In this document: one piece after another, positions 32,150 to 46,080 of the stretch
Numbering within the stretch: the stretch's first letter is position 1
Layout of the letters: each line of letters begins with the position of its first letter
Assembly: GCF_020745735.1 (NCBI RefSeq)
Contig: NC_083409.1
Location: 13,391,259-13,455,258 of the forward strand
DNA: 64,000 nucleotides
Direction: 5' to 3'
From: Hemiscyllium ocellatum
Lineage: Eukaryota
Translations under genes and position numbers: made by a program
The notes under the pieces: model-generated
Seen by the model: the letters and a program-made list of their open reading frames with translations, nothing else
What the model was told of the DNA's origin: nothing
Databases searched by the model: none

Positions 32150-33930
32150 ATATAACTTCTGCCGGTTTGTCAAGAGTGCTAGTTCATAAAGTGCAGGTTA
32201 CAACAAAATTTGCTGCACATCTTTTATAATGGACTCCAGTATTTCTCCCTCTACTGATGTCAAGCTAACCGGTCTCTGCCTCCCTTCTTAAATAGTGGGG
32301 TTATGTTAGCCACCCTCCAATCCATAGGAACTGCTCCAGAGTCTAGAATTCTGAAAGATGACCACAAATGCATCTATTCTTTCTAGTGCCACTTTTTCTT
32401 AAGCATTCTGGGGTGAGGGGCTCAGGCTGCCAAAGATATTTCATGGTTCCACTTTGCCCTCCTATTTTTTTAAGCACCTCCCCACACTTTCTCTCCTCCT
32501 GAAGGGCCTCTCTTGTTTTTGATGCTCTGTCGCTGACAAAGGTTTCCTTCTTTTCCTTTCCCAAACTATCCATATTCCTCGACATCCAGGATCCCAGGAG
32601 TTGCTGCCCTTGCTTTTCTTTCTGAGCTGGCCTTGAATTCTCAATGTCTCACATTAAAAAGCTTCCCACTTTCCAAATGTAGACTGACCTGCAAGTAGCT
32701 GCTCCCAGTCGATATTTGCCAGATCCTGTCTCATAACATTGAAATTGGCTTTGCCTCACTTTAGACAATTACCTTTCTGCACTACCCTTATTCCTTTCCA
32801 TAATAATTATAAAACTTATGGACTTATGTTCAATATCTGCAAAATGCTCACCCACTGACTCTTCAACTATTTGACTGGTTTCATTACCTAGGATTGAGTC
32901 CAGCACTGTCCATGTTTAGAGGGACTATCTACATACTGGCACCCAAAGCTCTCCTGGATGGACTTTAAAAATACCACCATTCACACAAAGGCAATCCCAG
33001 TTCATGTTAGAGAAGTTGAAACTCCTTGCTAACATAACCCTATTCCTCTCACACCTCTCTGTGATTTGCCAACATATCTCCTCCTCTCTCTCCATCTGAC
33101 TATTGGGAGGTCTATAGTACAATCTCAGCAAAGTCATTGTTCTTTTTGTATTTTTAGCTTCACCCAGATGGCCTCGTTTGAAAAGCCTTCCAAGGAATGC
33201 TCCTTAAATCCAGCAGTGATGGTCTCCTTTATCAATACTACATTACACCACCTGTCCTGCATTCCCTCTATCCCACCTGAGACTTCTCTACCCTGGAATG
33301 TTGAGCTGCCAGTCCTATCTTTGTTCAATCATGTCTCAGCATTTGCAGCAATATGATATTCCCACGTGCTGGTCAATGCTCTCAGTTCAACCTCCTTACT
33401 CGTCAAGCTCCTTACATTAAAATAGATACAGTTCAGCTTTCTGGTCCTCCTGCATTCCTGATCCTGTCCTAGTGGTTACCCAGTGATTTTCTGTGTCGCC
33501 CTTATTCTCCCAAGAAGGGAAACATCCAGCATTTCCCTTGTCAATCCCCTTAAGAATTCTATACATTTCAATGAGATTCCCTCTCATTCTTCTAAACTCC
33601 AGGGATCAGATTCCAAACCTGTTTGACCTTTGCCCATAAGACAATCGCTCCGTACCAGGAATCAGTCAAGGGAACTATCACTGAACTACATCCAATGTAG
33701 CTCCTGTCCTTTATTCAATAAGGAGCCTGATACTGGACACCATACTCCAGATGTGCCCACACCAAGCCCCTAACCCTAACCCCTGTACAGCTGCAGTAAA
33801 ATGTCCCTGCTTTTAGATTGCATTCCCTTTACAAGGAGCACCAACACTCCATCTGCCTCCGGATTCACTTGCTGTAGCTGTGTACTAACTTTGTGATTCT
33901 TGTCCCCCACATTACACTCCATTCTGCCAA
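32150..33930 (-). mobile_element. CR1-type LINE fragments (endonuclease and RT-tail regions)
   Basis: LYYRPPNSQMEREEEICWQI-type endonuclease motif; the 32.8-34.0 kb part is duplicated and inverted at 47.46-48.68 kb. Confidence 0.8.
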
Positions 33931-35229
33931 TATTTCTCCAAAGCCCAGCTGTATCTAATATTCAGCAGGATGGACCCCTTCACTGGGAAATAGTTGTTTG
34001 TGACTAGAATAATGACACATCTCTGAGAATCACATTAATAACTGTTTTATTGATGCTTTTATTTCCTACCCACCATATCACAGCCTTGAATAATCTTATA
34101 CCCCTCAATGAGGTTCTTTCTCAACCTTCACTGCTCCACGCAAAACAACCTCAACCTTTCCAATCTTTCCTCATAACTAACTCTCTATTGCAGGCAGCAT
34201 CCTGGTAAATCTCTGCACACTCTTAAGTACAATCAAATCCTTCCCAGAACGTGGTGACCACGACCTGTCCACCTCTCTCTCTATCTTCCTTTTTGACTCA
34301 CATTTGCCACTTCTTTCTCTCTACCTCTCTGTCTCTCTCCCACTTTTCATCTCTTTCATATTCTCTTTCATATTCTCTCTCTCTCTCTCTTTCTCTCCAT
34401 CAACCACACCATTTCTACCTCCCTCTATCTCTCTCAGTCCCCTGCCATATCTCACATCTGTCTCAGATGCTCCTCCCTCTATTCCTCGATTACACACACA
34501 CACTCCCTCTAACTCTCTCTCTCTCTCTGTCTCGCTTCTCTCCCTTTCTCACAGTGTCCCAGGTGATGACAGTTGAATGCAGAATAAATCTCCTTCTGCT
34601 CTGCCCCGATAATGGATGTTAACCTTTGACCCCAGAAGCATTTTTTTTTCCTGGAGTAAGGCCCCATTTCCCACAGTGGCCAAGGTTTAGCATCTCTCAG
34701 GAAGATGGACAGATTCTTGTCAAATGAAGGGCAGTTCTGTGCTGTTGGCCTATTCTCACTGGGGACTGATTTGGACACAAACCTCATTCCATGAAGGCAC
34801 AGCAGAGAGAGGAGATCCTCAGGCCATCAGTGTGAGCTGGAGGGATGGGGCAGGACAGGTTGTGACCCAGTGACCCATCCTGTCCATTCACAACATGTTC
34901 CAAATCCTTCCCCTCTCCTTCCCATTCCATGATCAGTCTCTGAGTCAACGTGTTTCACTGGGATGATGTTCAGAGCATCACAGTTACAACAGAAGGGAAC
35001 TGGCCCCACACCAACCATGGTGTCCATGATATAATGGACACTCCAACAGAGACCAACAAACATTGAATTCAGTTCACGGGGCTGCCCAATGGAGAGACAT
35101 GGACCTCCTTCCCACTGAACCTCCCAATTGAGACCAGAAAACATGGGCCTCCTTCCCACTGAACTTGCTAATTGAGACCAGTAAACATGGGGCTCCGAAG
35201 AACTGGACTTTCCAACAGAGATGAGTGGA

Positions 35230-36460
35230 TGGCTGAGTTTTTGAAGAATTAATCAAGAAGGTAGATAAAGGTAGAGCAGTACACTCTCTCTACATGAACT
35301 TTAGCAAGGCCTTAGACAAGGTTCCCCCCACCATGCTCAGTAAGATTATATCACATAGGATCAAGGGAGAGCGAGCCAATTGGATATAAAATTGGCCTGA
35401 TGGTAGGAGGCCGAGGCTGGTGAGAGACAGTTGTTCTTCAGACTGGAGGCTAGTGACCAGCCGTCTGCCACAAGAAATGATCCTGGATCCACTGTTGGTC
35501 TTCATTTATATGAACAATGTGGATGAGAAAATAGCAGGAATGGTCAGTAAGTTTGTGGCTGACATTAAAATTGTTGGCATCGTCGACAGGGAAGAAGGTT
35601 ATCCAAGAGTGCAATGTCATCTTGATCAACTGGGCCAGTGGGTCAACAAATCCAGATGGAGTTTAATTTCGATAAATGGAAGGAGTTACCTTTTGGTAAG
35701 ACAAACCAGGGCAGGAATTACACAATTCATGGTAGAGCCATGGGGAGTGTTGTTGAACAGAGAGACTGAGGGGTACAGGTACATAGTTCCTTGATAGTGA
35801 TGTCACAGGTAGACAGGGTGGTGAAGAAGGTATTTGACACGCTCACCTTCACTGGTCAAAGCAGGGAGTACAGGAGCTGGGACATCATGTGACAGCTGTA
35901 TAAGACATTGATTTGGCCACATTTGGACACTGTGCACATTTCTGCTCACCCTGCTATAGGAAGGAAGTTATTACACTGGTTTGGATAAAATAAAGATTAA
36001 CAGGGATGTTACCAAGATTGGAGGGTTTGAATTATAAGGCGAGGATGGATAGGCCGAGATGTTCTTCCAGGGAATGCAGAAGATTGAGGGGTGACCAGAT
36101 AGAGGTTTATAGAATCATGAGGGTCATTGATAAGATGAATATTCAACGTCTTTTCCCCAGAGTAGGAGAGTCCAATACTAGAAGGAATAGATTTAAGTTG
36201 AGAGGGGAAAGAGTTAGAAGGGCCCTGAGTGGCAACCTTTTCACACAGAGGATGGCGTGTATGTGCAATGACTGCCAGAGGAAGTGGTAAAGGTGAGTAC
36301 AATTACTACATTTCCGGGACATTTTTACAGGAACATGGATAGGAAGGATTCGGAGAGATTTGGGCCAAACACAGGCAAATGGGACTGGTTCAGTTTTGGA
36401 AACTTGGTCGGCATGGATGAGTAGAGCTGAAGGGCCTGATGCCATGCTGTAAACCTCCAT
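35230..36460 (+). mobile_element. 5'-truncated CR1-type LINE inserted into the minisatellite of module copy 2
   Basis: SKFVADIKIVG and RECRRLRGDQIEVYRIM motifs with a 3' actctatga tail; absent from copies 1 and 3. Confidence 0.85.
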
Positions 36461-38484
36461 AACTCTATGATGATGGTCCATCTTCCCATAGGACCAGTAA
36501 ACATGGACCTCCTTCCCACTGGATGCTTCAGAAGAGACCAGTAAACATGGGCCTCTTTCCCTCGGGACTGTCCAATACGTGAGCTGCAAACCCTACATCC
36601 TCTCCATCACGTAGGTCTCTTATTTCAGTCTTAACGGCATTTTCCATCTCTGCACTACCTCAGCCCCTTGACCACAGAAACCCTAATTCCTGTTTGTCCT
36701 GCCTTCTAACTATATGATTCCAATGTCCTTTCCCAGCTTCCTGATGCCAAATTCCATAAACGCCAGCTTGTCTGATATGGCGTGGTCTCTTCCCTGTCTT
36801 TCCATGTGTTGTTCCAGAATGAACCCTGACCTCACTGCCAGCCAATTGCCTCCATGGCCTCCCTCCTCCATCACTCTGTGCCCTGCTGCAGACTCACATT
36901 CTCTCCCTCCCCCTTCCATCTTCTCTCGCTGGTCTCCTGCGCATTGCTGCTTCCTCCATCCCACCATTGACAGCAGAGCCTTCAGACCCCTAGAGCTCTC
37001 TGACCCCCTGCCCTTCATCCCTCCCCTCTCAATTGTTGTGCTATTGAATATACTGTTGAGTGCCATTACTTTTGGTTCACTGTTCACTTGCCATTGATTT
37101 GCTGATATAGTCCAGTAAATCTAGTCTGGCCTGTTTTCTGAGTTTGTTCAAGAGCGTTTTGCTTGAGAAAACACTTGTCTGTAAACTGGGTTGTCTGTTT
37201 CTCCCAGGTTTTGTGTAAAGGTGAGACTAAGTGTGTGTAAGCTCTTATACAGCACAGACAGAGGTCACTGGGCCTATTGTGACTGTTAGTCAAATTAGTT
37301 CAATGAGTCCCATTTCCCCAGCCCTTCCTGTATAACCTTGTAATGGTTTCCTTTTCAGCTATTTCTCCAAATGCCCTTTTGAAAGTTGCTGTTGAATCCA
37401 CTTCCACTCACCTTGCAGACAGTCATCATGAACTCGCTGGATAAAAAATGTTCCTATCTTCGCTCTTGTTCTTCAGACCCTTTCTGAAATGTGTGCCCTC
37501 TGGTTACTGACCCTCCTGCCTGGAGAAACATTTTTTCCTGTATTTACTGCATCCAAACTCTCTATTTGTGAACCCCTCATTGAGTGAGACCTATTTCCAG
37601 CACAGGGGGAGAACATTCAGCCTGTCAGGTAAATGCTGTCATTTCATGGAGCAATCCAGTCAGTCCCACCCCCTCCCCTACTCGACCCCCAGGGCCTTGC
37701 AGGTTTATTTCCATCAAGAGCCCATCCAATCTGCCATTGCAATCCCTGAGTGTCTTCACTTGCCTCACCTGAATGGGCACTAATTTTGAAGTCATTGCCA
37801 ATTGCTGCTAAAAACAAAGTCCTTCCTGATATCCCATATCTCTTGCCCAACAAAATGCAAGGTATTCTCAATGTGAAGACAGGATTTTGTCTCCACACGG
37901 ACTGTGCAGTGGTCACTCTGACTGATATTGTCATGGACAGCTACACCAGCAGCAGGCAGATTGGTGAGGGTGATAGTGAGTATGTTTTTCCCTCTTGTTG
38001 GTTCCCTCACCACCTGCCCCAGGTCCAGTCTAGCAGCTGAATCAGGTGGAACTTGACCAGCTTGCTCAGTAGTGATGCTTCTGAGAAGCTCTTGATGGTG
38101 GACTTTGAAGTGCTTTACTCAGAGTATATCCTGCATCCTTCCCACCCTCAGTGCTACCTCCAAGTGTTGTTCAACATGGAGGAGGACTGACTGCTCAGTT
38201 GAGGCTGGAGGGATGGGCGGTGCTATGTGGTAATCAGCAGGAGGTTTCCTTCTCCATGTTTGACCTGCTGTCATGAGGCTTCATGGGTTCCATAGTTAAT
38301 GGTGAGGACTCCCAGGGCAACTCCCTTCCGACTGTACACACCACTGTGTTGCCTCCCCTGCTTGGTCTATCCCGCCAGTTAAAAACTGAATGAGGGAACA
38401 ATTCTGTGCAGGTTTCACAGCTTGGAGACAGAGCTGCTGCTGGATTTTGTTTCTGATCTCCGAGTGCAGGTGTGTGTGTTTGTG

Positions 38485-38700
38485 AGCTGCTCCGAGCTCC
38501 TTCTTTCACTTCCTCTTTTGGTGAAGTTTCAACCTTGCGATCTGACAGTCTTTGCAGTTATTTTTTACACTGGGGCTTTCTGCTGTGGTCAGAATCTCTA
38601 ATAATAAGTGTCCGATCAGTGACAATCACAGCAGCTAAAGGACTGAGGAGTCAGGCTCACTGGGAAACACATTGGGAAGGTCACAGCCATCCTCTTCAGC
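38485..38700 (-). promoter_or_regulatory. Conserved non-coding block with EICE (copy 2)
   Basis: TTTCACTTCC at 38504-38513; direct repeat of 19.78-19.99 kb. Confidence 0.45.
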
Positions 38701-39339
38701 TCCCGGTACAAACTCCATCCCTCTCCCTGAGCACTGTCTGCTGCTCAACCAGACTCTTTTCAACCTGGGCCTCATCTTTCCTGCTGATCTGAGTCCCACA
38801 TCTTCCACATCACAAAGATCAGCCACTGAAAATCTCAGCCATCCTGTTGTGACTCCAAACATGGGCATTCTAATGTTGTGCTTGCACACATCACAGCCAC
38901 TGCACTCACTCTTCCCAAAGTCTGCTGCCCATGTCCAGACTTGCACCAACGTCTGTTCCCCCAATCCCCTGCACACCATGTCTACATTGGCTCCTGGACC
39001 AGCAACACTTCGGTCATCAAATTCTCATGCTTGTTTTCAAATCCATCCCTGTCCTTCACTCTCCCTATCTCTGTAACCTCCTCCAAACTGTGTTGCTCAG
39101 TGTGGTCTGCAATCTTGGATTAATGGCTCGCTATTCCTTCATCCATGTCATTGAGAAATATCATGAAATGCTGAGGTCCCAGCGCAGATCCCTGGGGACA
39201 CCAATATTCACATTATTGGAGAGCACACACATTATCCCTCTTCTCTGTCCCCTACATCCAAAAGCCGCCTACACCCAAATGAATTCCTCACCAAAGACAG
39301 ATATTTTTTCTCTCTTTGGCTTAATGGTAGGAAGCAGAG

Positions 39340-40130
39340 GATCATAGTGGAAGGATGCTAGTCTGACTGGGGGCCAGTGACTTGTGGAGTGCCTCAGGGT
39401 TCAGTGCTGGACCCATTACTGTTTGTTATCTCTATCAATAATTTGGATGAGAATCTGCAAAGCATGATTAGTAAGTTTGCAGATGACACTACAAGAAGCG
39501 GTGTCATGGCCTTCATCAGTCAGGGTACTGGGTATAGAATTTGGGAAGTTATATTAAATTGTACAGGACGTTGGTGAGGTCTCACTTGGAGTATTGTGTT
39601 CAGTTTTGTTCACTTTGTTAAAGGAAGGATATTATTAAATCGCAAAGAGTACAGAGGAAATGTACAAGGAGGTTGCCTGGACTCAATGATCTGAGTGACA
39701 GGGAGAGGTTGGACAAAGTAGGATTCATTTCTTAGAGCGGAGGAGACTGAGGGGGATCTTTTAGAAGTAGAAAAGATCATGTGAGACATGGATAGAGTGA
39801 ATGCATTCAGTCTTTTTCCCAGAGTTGGGGAATCAAGGAGTAGAGGGCATCAGTTTAAGGTTAGAATAAAAGAGAACCTGAGGGACAGCATTTGTACAGA
39901 GGGTCATCCGCAAATGGAATGAGCTGCAGTGGAAATGATTGAGGGGGGTACATTAACAACATTTAAAAAGCATTTTGACAAATACATAGATAGGAAAACA
40001 TTTGAAGGATATGGACCAAGTGCAGGGAAATGGGGTTAGTGTGGATGGACATTTTGGTCAGCACGGTCCAGTTTGGGCCAAAGGACCTGTCTTTGTGCTG
40101 TAGGACTCGATGACTCTGTGACTCTATAAT
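39340..40130 (+). mobile_element. CR1-type LINE 3' fragment specific to module copy 2
   Basis: GVPQGSVLDPLLFVISINNLD...SKFADDT, ending in gactctatgactct-type tail repeats. Confidence 0.85.
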
Positions 40131-41439
40131 TCCATTGTTTCCATGTTTATGAACAGTCTCTCAAACATAGAAGCAAAGGAACTAAGAGCAGGAGGAGGCC
40201 ATTCAGTCCTTTGAGTCAGTTCCACCATTCAACATGACCAGGGTTGATTATTCAACTTAGCCCCCGTTCCCATTTTCCCCCATAACTCTTAATCCCTTCA
40301 GTCCCAAGAACTGTACCTATCATCTTCTTGAAAACATTTAATGGTTTGGGCTCAACTGCTTTCTGTGACAGAATATTCCACCAACTTCCCACTCTCTGGC
40401 TAAAGAAATGTCTCCTCATCTCAGTCCAAAATGGCCTTTCCCTTTTCTTTAAACTAATTCCTGGTTCTGGATTCTCCAGTCATTAGGAACATCCTTCCTG
40501 TGTTTTTCCGGTCTTGTCCTGTTCGGATTTTAAAGGTTTCAGTGCGGTTCCTCTCAATCTTCTAACCTCCAGTGAATATAGTCCTAACTGATCCAGTTTC
40601 TCAACAGATATAAGTGCTGTCGTCCCAGGGATCAGTCTGGTAAACCTTCATTTCCCTCCCTCCACAGCCAGAACATCATTTCTCAGATACTGAGCCCAAA
40701 ACTGCACACAATAGAATCATAAAATCACACCGTACAGAGGAGGCCCTTTGGCCCATTAACTGTGTACCAGCCAATTTACACTAAACCTACACCAGTCTCA
40801 TTTTCCAACACAAGGCCCATTGCTTGAATGTTATGACATTTCAACTACTCACCCAAGTACTTTTTAAGGTTTATGAGGTTTCCCACTTCAACTACCTTCC
40901 CACGGTGTGCATTCCAGAACCACATCATCCTCTGGGTGAAAAACAATTTCCTCAAAACATCTTGAAACCTGTTACCTTTCACACTGAATGTGAACCAACT
41001 TGTTATTGAGCCTCCACCCACCCACCCCCCTCGACAAAGGAGAACAGCTGCTTTCTCTCCTCCCTGTCCATTCCCCTCATAACCTTATACACCTCGATCA
41101 GGTCCCCCCTCCACCTTCTCTGCTCTGAAGAAAACAAACCGAGCTGTTCCAATTTCTCTTCATCACTAAGAGGTTCCATCCCACACAACATCCTGGTGAT
41201 TCCCCTCTGCACCCCATCCAGTGCAATCACATCCTTCCTACAGTGTGGCGACCTGAACTGCACACAGTACTCCAGCTGTGGCCTAACCAATGTTCTGCTT
41301 AACTGCAACATATCCTCCTGCTTTTATAGCAATTACCTGAATGACAAATGCAAGTGCCTTCATAACTGCTCTGTTAACCTGTCTTGCCACATTCAGAGAT
41401 CAGTGGGCAAGTACCCCAAGATCACTCTGTGCCACTGAG

Positions 41440-44400
41440 CTTCGTCAGTTCAAAGAACAAAACAAATTACAGCACAGACTCAGACCCTTCGGGCCTCCAC
41501 GTCTGCGCCAATCCAGAACATCTACCTAAACTGGTCATCAATTTTCCAAGGATCTTTATCCCTTTACTCCCTGCCCATTCATGTGTCTGTCTAGATACAT
41601 CTTTAATGGTGTGATCATGCCTGCCTCTATCACCTTGGCTGGCAATACGTTCCAGGTACCAACAACACTCTGTGTAAAGAACTTTCCATGCATTTCTCCC
41701 TTAAACTTTTCTCTCTAACCTTCCTCATGAGCCTGAGTAATTGAGTCCCCCACTCTGGGAAAAAGCTTTGTGCTATCCACTCTGTCTCTCCCTCTCATGA
41801 TTTTGTACATCTCAAGCAGGTCTCCCCTCAAACTTTAACTTTCTCATGAAAATAATCCTGATCTACACAACCTTTCTCCATAGCTAGTGCCCTCCATACC
41901 AGGCAATCCTGGTGAACCTCCTCTGCACCCTCTCCAAAGCATCCACATCCTTCTGGTAATATGACGACCAGAACTGTGGGCAGTATTCCAAATGTGGCCA
42001 AACCAAAGTCCGATACAATTCTAACATGACCTGCCAACTTTTGTACTCAGTTGTCCACCCGATGAAGGAAAGCAGGCCACATACCTTCTTGACCACTCTA
42101 TCGACCTGTGTTGCCACCTTCAGGTTACAATGAACCTGAACACCAAGATCTCTCTGTGCATCTATTTTCTCCAGGACTTTCCATTCACTGTATAGTTCAC
42201 TCTAGAATTGGATCTTCCAAAATTCATCAGCTCGCATTTGTCCAGATTGAACTCCATCTGTCCCATTCTCTGTCCAAATCGCCAATCTATCTATATTCTG
42301 CTGCATTGTCTGACAGTCCCCTTCACTATCTGCTACTCCACCAATCTTAGTGTCATCTGCAAACTTGCCAACCAGACCACCTATACCTTCCTCCAGATCA
42401 TTTATGTATATCGCAAACAACATGGATCCCTGTGGAACACCACAGGTCACAGTTTTCAATTTTGAGAAACTCCCTTCCTCTACCACTGTCAGCCTCCTGT
42501 TGTTCAGCCTATTCTCTATCCATCTGGCGAGTACACTCTGGACCCTATGTGACTTTAATTTCTCCATCAGGCTATCATGGGGAACTTTGTGAAACACCTT
42601 ACTGAAGTCCATGTATATGACACAAAAAGCCCTTTCCTCATCAATCAACTTTGTCACTTCTTCAAAGAATTCTATTAAGTTAGTAAGATATGACATTCCC
42701 TGCACAAAATCATACTGCCTATCACTGATAAGTCAATTTTCTTCCAAATGTAAATAGATCCAATCCCTCAGTATCTTCTCCAGCATCTTCCCTACCACTG
42801 ATGTCAGGCTCACCGGTTGATAATAACCTGGATTATCCTTGCTGCCCTTCTTAAACAAGGGGACAACATTAGCAATTCTCTAGTCCTCTGGGATCTCTGC
42901 CACGTTTAAGGCGGCTACAAAGATATCTGTTAAGGCCCCAGCTATTTCCTCTCTCGGTTCCCTCAGTAACCTGGGATAGATCCCATCCTGACCTGGGGAC
43001 TTGTCCACCTTCATGCCTTTTAGAATACTCAACACTTCCTCCACCCTTAAACCGACTTGACCTAAAGTAATCAAAGATCTATCCCCAATTTCAACATCCA
43101 TCTTTTCCCTCTTCTTGGTGAATACGGAAACAAAGTACTCATTAAGAACTCTCCCATTTTCTCTGACTCTACACCTAACTTTCCTCCTTTGTGCTTGAGT
43201 GGGCTAACCCTTTCACTGGTCACCCACTTGCTTCTTTTATATAAATAAAAGGCTTTGGGATTTTCCTTAACCCTGTTTGCTAATGATATTTCATGACCCC
43301 TTTTATCCCCTTTAATTCCTCATTTCAGATCTGTTCTACTTTTGCGATATTCTTCCAAAGCTTTATATGCTTACAGCCACCGAGACCTTATGTACGCATC
43401 CTTTGTCCTCTTAGCTAGTCTCACAATTTCATCTGTCATCCAGGGTTCCCTAATCTTGCCATCCCTCTGCTACCTTATCTTGAACCTTCCCCAAGAGTAT
43501 GAGCAAAAGTACCCCAGAGGACATTAGTTCCAGTCCTGCCCAGGTGTAGACCATCTGATTTGTAATAGTCCCACCTCCCCCAGAACTGGTCCTCATGTCC
43601 CAAAAATCTGAGCATCTCCCTCCTACACCATCTCTCAGGTCACGCATTCATCCTGCCTTTTTTTTTCATTTCTGCTACGTGGCACTGGTAGCAATCCTGA
43701 GATTACTACCTCTGAGGTTCAACTTTTTAACGTGGTTCCTACCTCCTAAATTCTGCTTGTAGGACCTTATCCCATTTATTACTGATATCATTTGTACCTA
43801 CATTCACCATCACAGCTCGCTGTTCACCTCCCCTTTCAGAATGTCCTGTAGCTGATCTGACACATCCCTGACCTGTGCACCTCGGAGGCAACATGCTATT
43901 CAGAAGTCTCATTTTTGACCACAGAATCATCTGCCTTCCCCCTTTACAAAGTCCAAATAAACCATATCCGTGGGATCCACATGATCACATCCACTTGCTA
44001 CATCCTTGAACAATTCCAGGTGATTTGTTACGCATGATTTCCCTTTCGACAATCCATGCTGACTCTGTCCAATTCTGTCACTGTTTTCAAAGTGCTAAGC
44101 TATAAAATATTTTAGACTGATCTTGAACAGTTTCTCCACTGCTAATGTCCGGTTAATTGGTCTCAAATTCCTTATTTTCCCTCTCTCTCTCTTTTTCAAT
44201 AGTTGTGTTAAATTAGCTGCCCTCCACTCTCTAGAACCTATCCCACAGCCGACAAACAGATAACTGTCAGTGTTTCCAGTATTTTACAACCACTTCCTGA
44301 AGTACTCCCGAAAATAGATTATTTGTCCCTGCTGATTTAACATACTTTAATTTTCCCAGAACCATTTCCCTACAAAAACTGATTCCTTTAGTTCCTTCCT

Positions 44401-46080
44401 CTGATAACAGCCTGGGTTCACCAACATTTTTAAGATATATTTGAGAATTCATTTGTGAAGAAAGATCCAGAATATGTTTATCTGTCATCTCTTTGTTTCA
44501 ATTATAACATTATAACATTTGTGTGTAACTTCCTTGAATGTCATCTGAACTTCCATATAAACAACACATTCCCTTATCTCACACATTAGTGACCTCTTTA
44601 TAGTATGTCACCAGATTAGTTGAAGATGTCTGAACCTTTTTAAATCCATGATGACTTACTCTGATCAGGTTAGATTTGTCAGACATTTTGTCTCTAAAAC
44701 TAGATTCAATCAATTCCCAACAACAGACATTCATCAGAGATGTTCATTGTGAGTGAGGTTAGTAAACAGATAGCACTGACACGAGGGGCTGAACAACCTC
44801 CTCCTGGAGTCATTAAGTCATAGAGATGTTCAGCACAGAAACGGACCCTTCAGTCTAACCCATCCATGCCGACCAAACATCCCACCCCAATCTTGTACAC
44901 CTGCCAACACCCGGCCCATGTCCATCGAAACCCTTCCTATTCATATACCTGTCCAGATGCATTTTAAATGTTGTAATTGTACTAGCTTCCACCACTTCCT
45001 CTGGCAGCACATTTCACACTCACACCACCCTCTGCGTGAAACATTGGCCCCCTCAAGTCTCTTTTATATTTTTCCCCCTCTCACCCTAAACCTATGCCCT
45101 CTAGTTTTGGACTCCCCAACCCCAGGGAAAAGATCTTATCTCTTTATCCTATGCATGCCCCTCATACTTTTATAAACCTCTATAGGGTCACCCCTTAGCC
45201 TCTGATGCTCCAGCGAAAACAGCCCCAACCTGTTCAACTTCTACCTATAACACAAATCCTCCAAACCTGGCAACATCCTTGTAAATCTATTCTGAACCCT
45301 TTCAAGATTCACAACATTCTTCTGATAGGATGGAGACCGCACTTGTGCACAATTTTCCAAAAGTGGTCTATCCAATGTCCTGTATAGCCGCAATATGACC
45401 TCCCAACTCCTGTACTCAGTGCTCTGACCAATAAAGGAAAGCATACCAAATGCCTTCTTCATTATCCTATCTACCTGTGACTCTATTTTCAAGGAGCTAT
45501 GAAACTGCACTCCAAAGTGTCTTTGTTCAGCAGCACTCTCTGGGACCTGACCATTAAGTACATACATCCTGCTAAGATTTACTTAGCTAAAATGCAGCAC
45601 CTCGCATTTCTCTAAATTAAACTCCATCTGCCACTCTTCAGCTCATTGGACCTGTTGATCAAGATCCCATTGTTATCTGAGGAAACCTTCTTCGCTGTGC
45701 ACTACACCACCAATTTTGTTGTCATCTGTAAACTTACTAACTATATCTCCTATATTCACATCCAAATCATTTATATAAATGACGAAAAATAGTGGATTCA
45801 GCACCAACCCTTGTGGCACTCCACTGGTCACAGACCTCCAGTCTGAAAAGCAACCCTCCATCACCATCTGCTGTCTTCTACTTTTCAGCCAGTTCTGCAT
45901 ACAAATGGCTAGTTCTCCCTGTACTCCATAAGACATAACCTTGCTAACCAGTCTCCCATGTGGAACCTTGTTGAATGCCTTATTGAAGTCCACACAGATC
46001 CCGTCTAATACTCTGTCCTCATCAATCCTCTTTGTTACTTCTTCAAAAACTCAATCAAGTTTGTAAGACATGATTTTGCA
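41440..46080 (-). mobile_element. Block of CR1-type LINE remnants (ORF2 RT, endonuclease and ORF1 esterase pieces)
   Basis: 42202-42705 ORF with TNLIEFFEEVT, YMDFSK, GVPQGS, YINDL, KFADDTK; 43739-43930 VNVGTNDI; 45673-45993 RT. Confidence 0.9.

Larger units (their letters stand above)
34090..41420. repeat. V-upstream segmental module, copy 2 (direct; no promoter, leader or V attached)
   Basis: 34561-35030 matches 16.85-17.26 kb; 38485-39280 matches 19.78-20.75 kb; 40130-41420 matches 20.75-21.97 kb, including the shared junction gcacacaa(c/t)agaatcataaaatc. Confidence 0.85.
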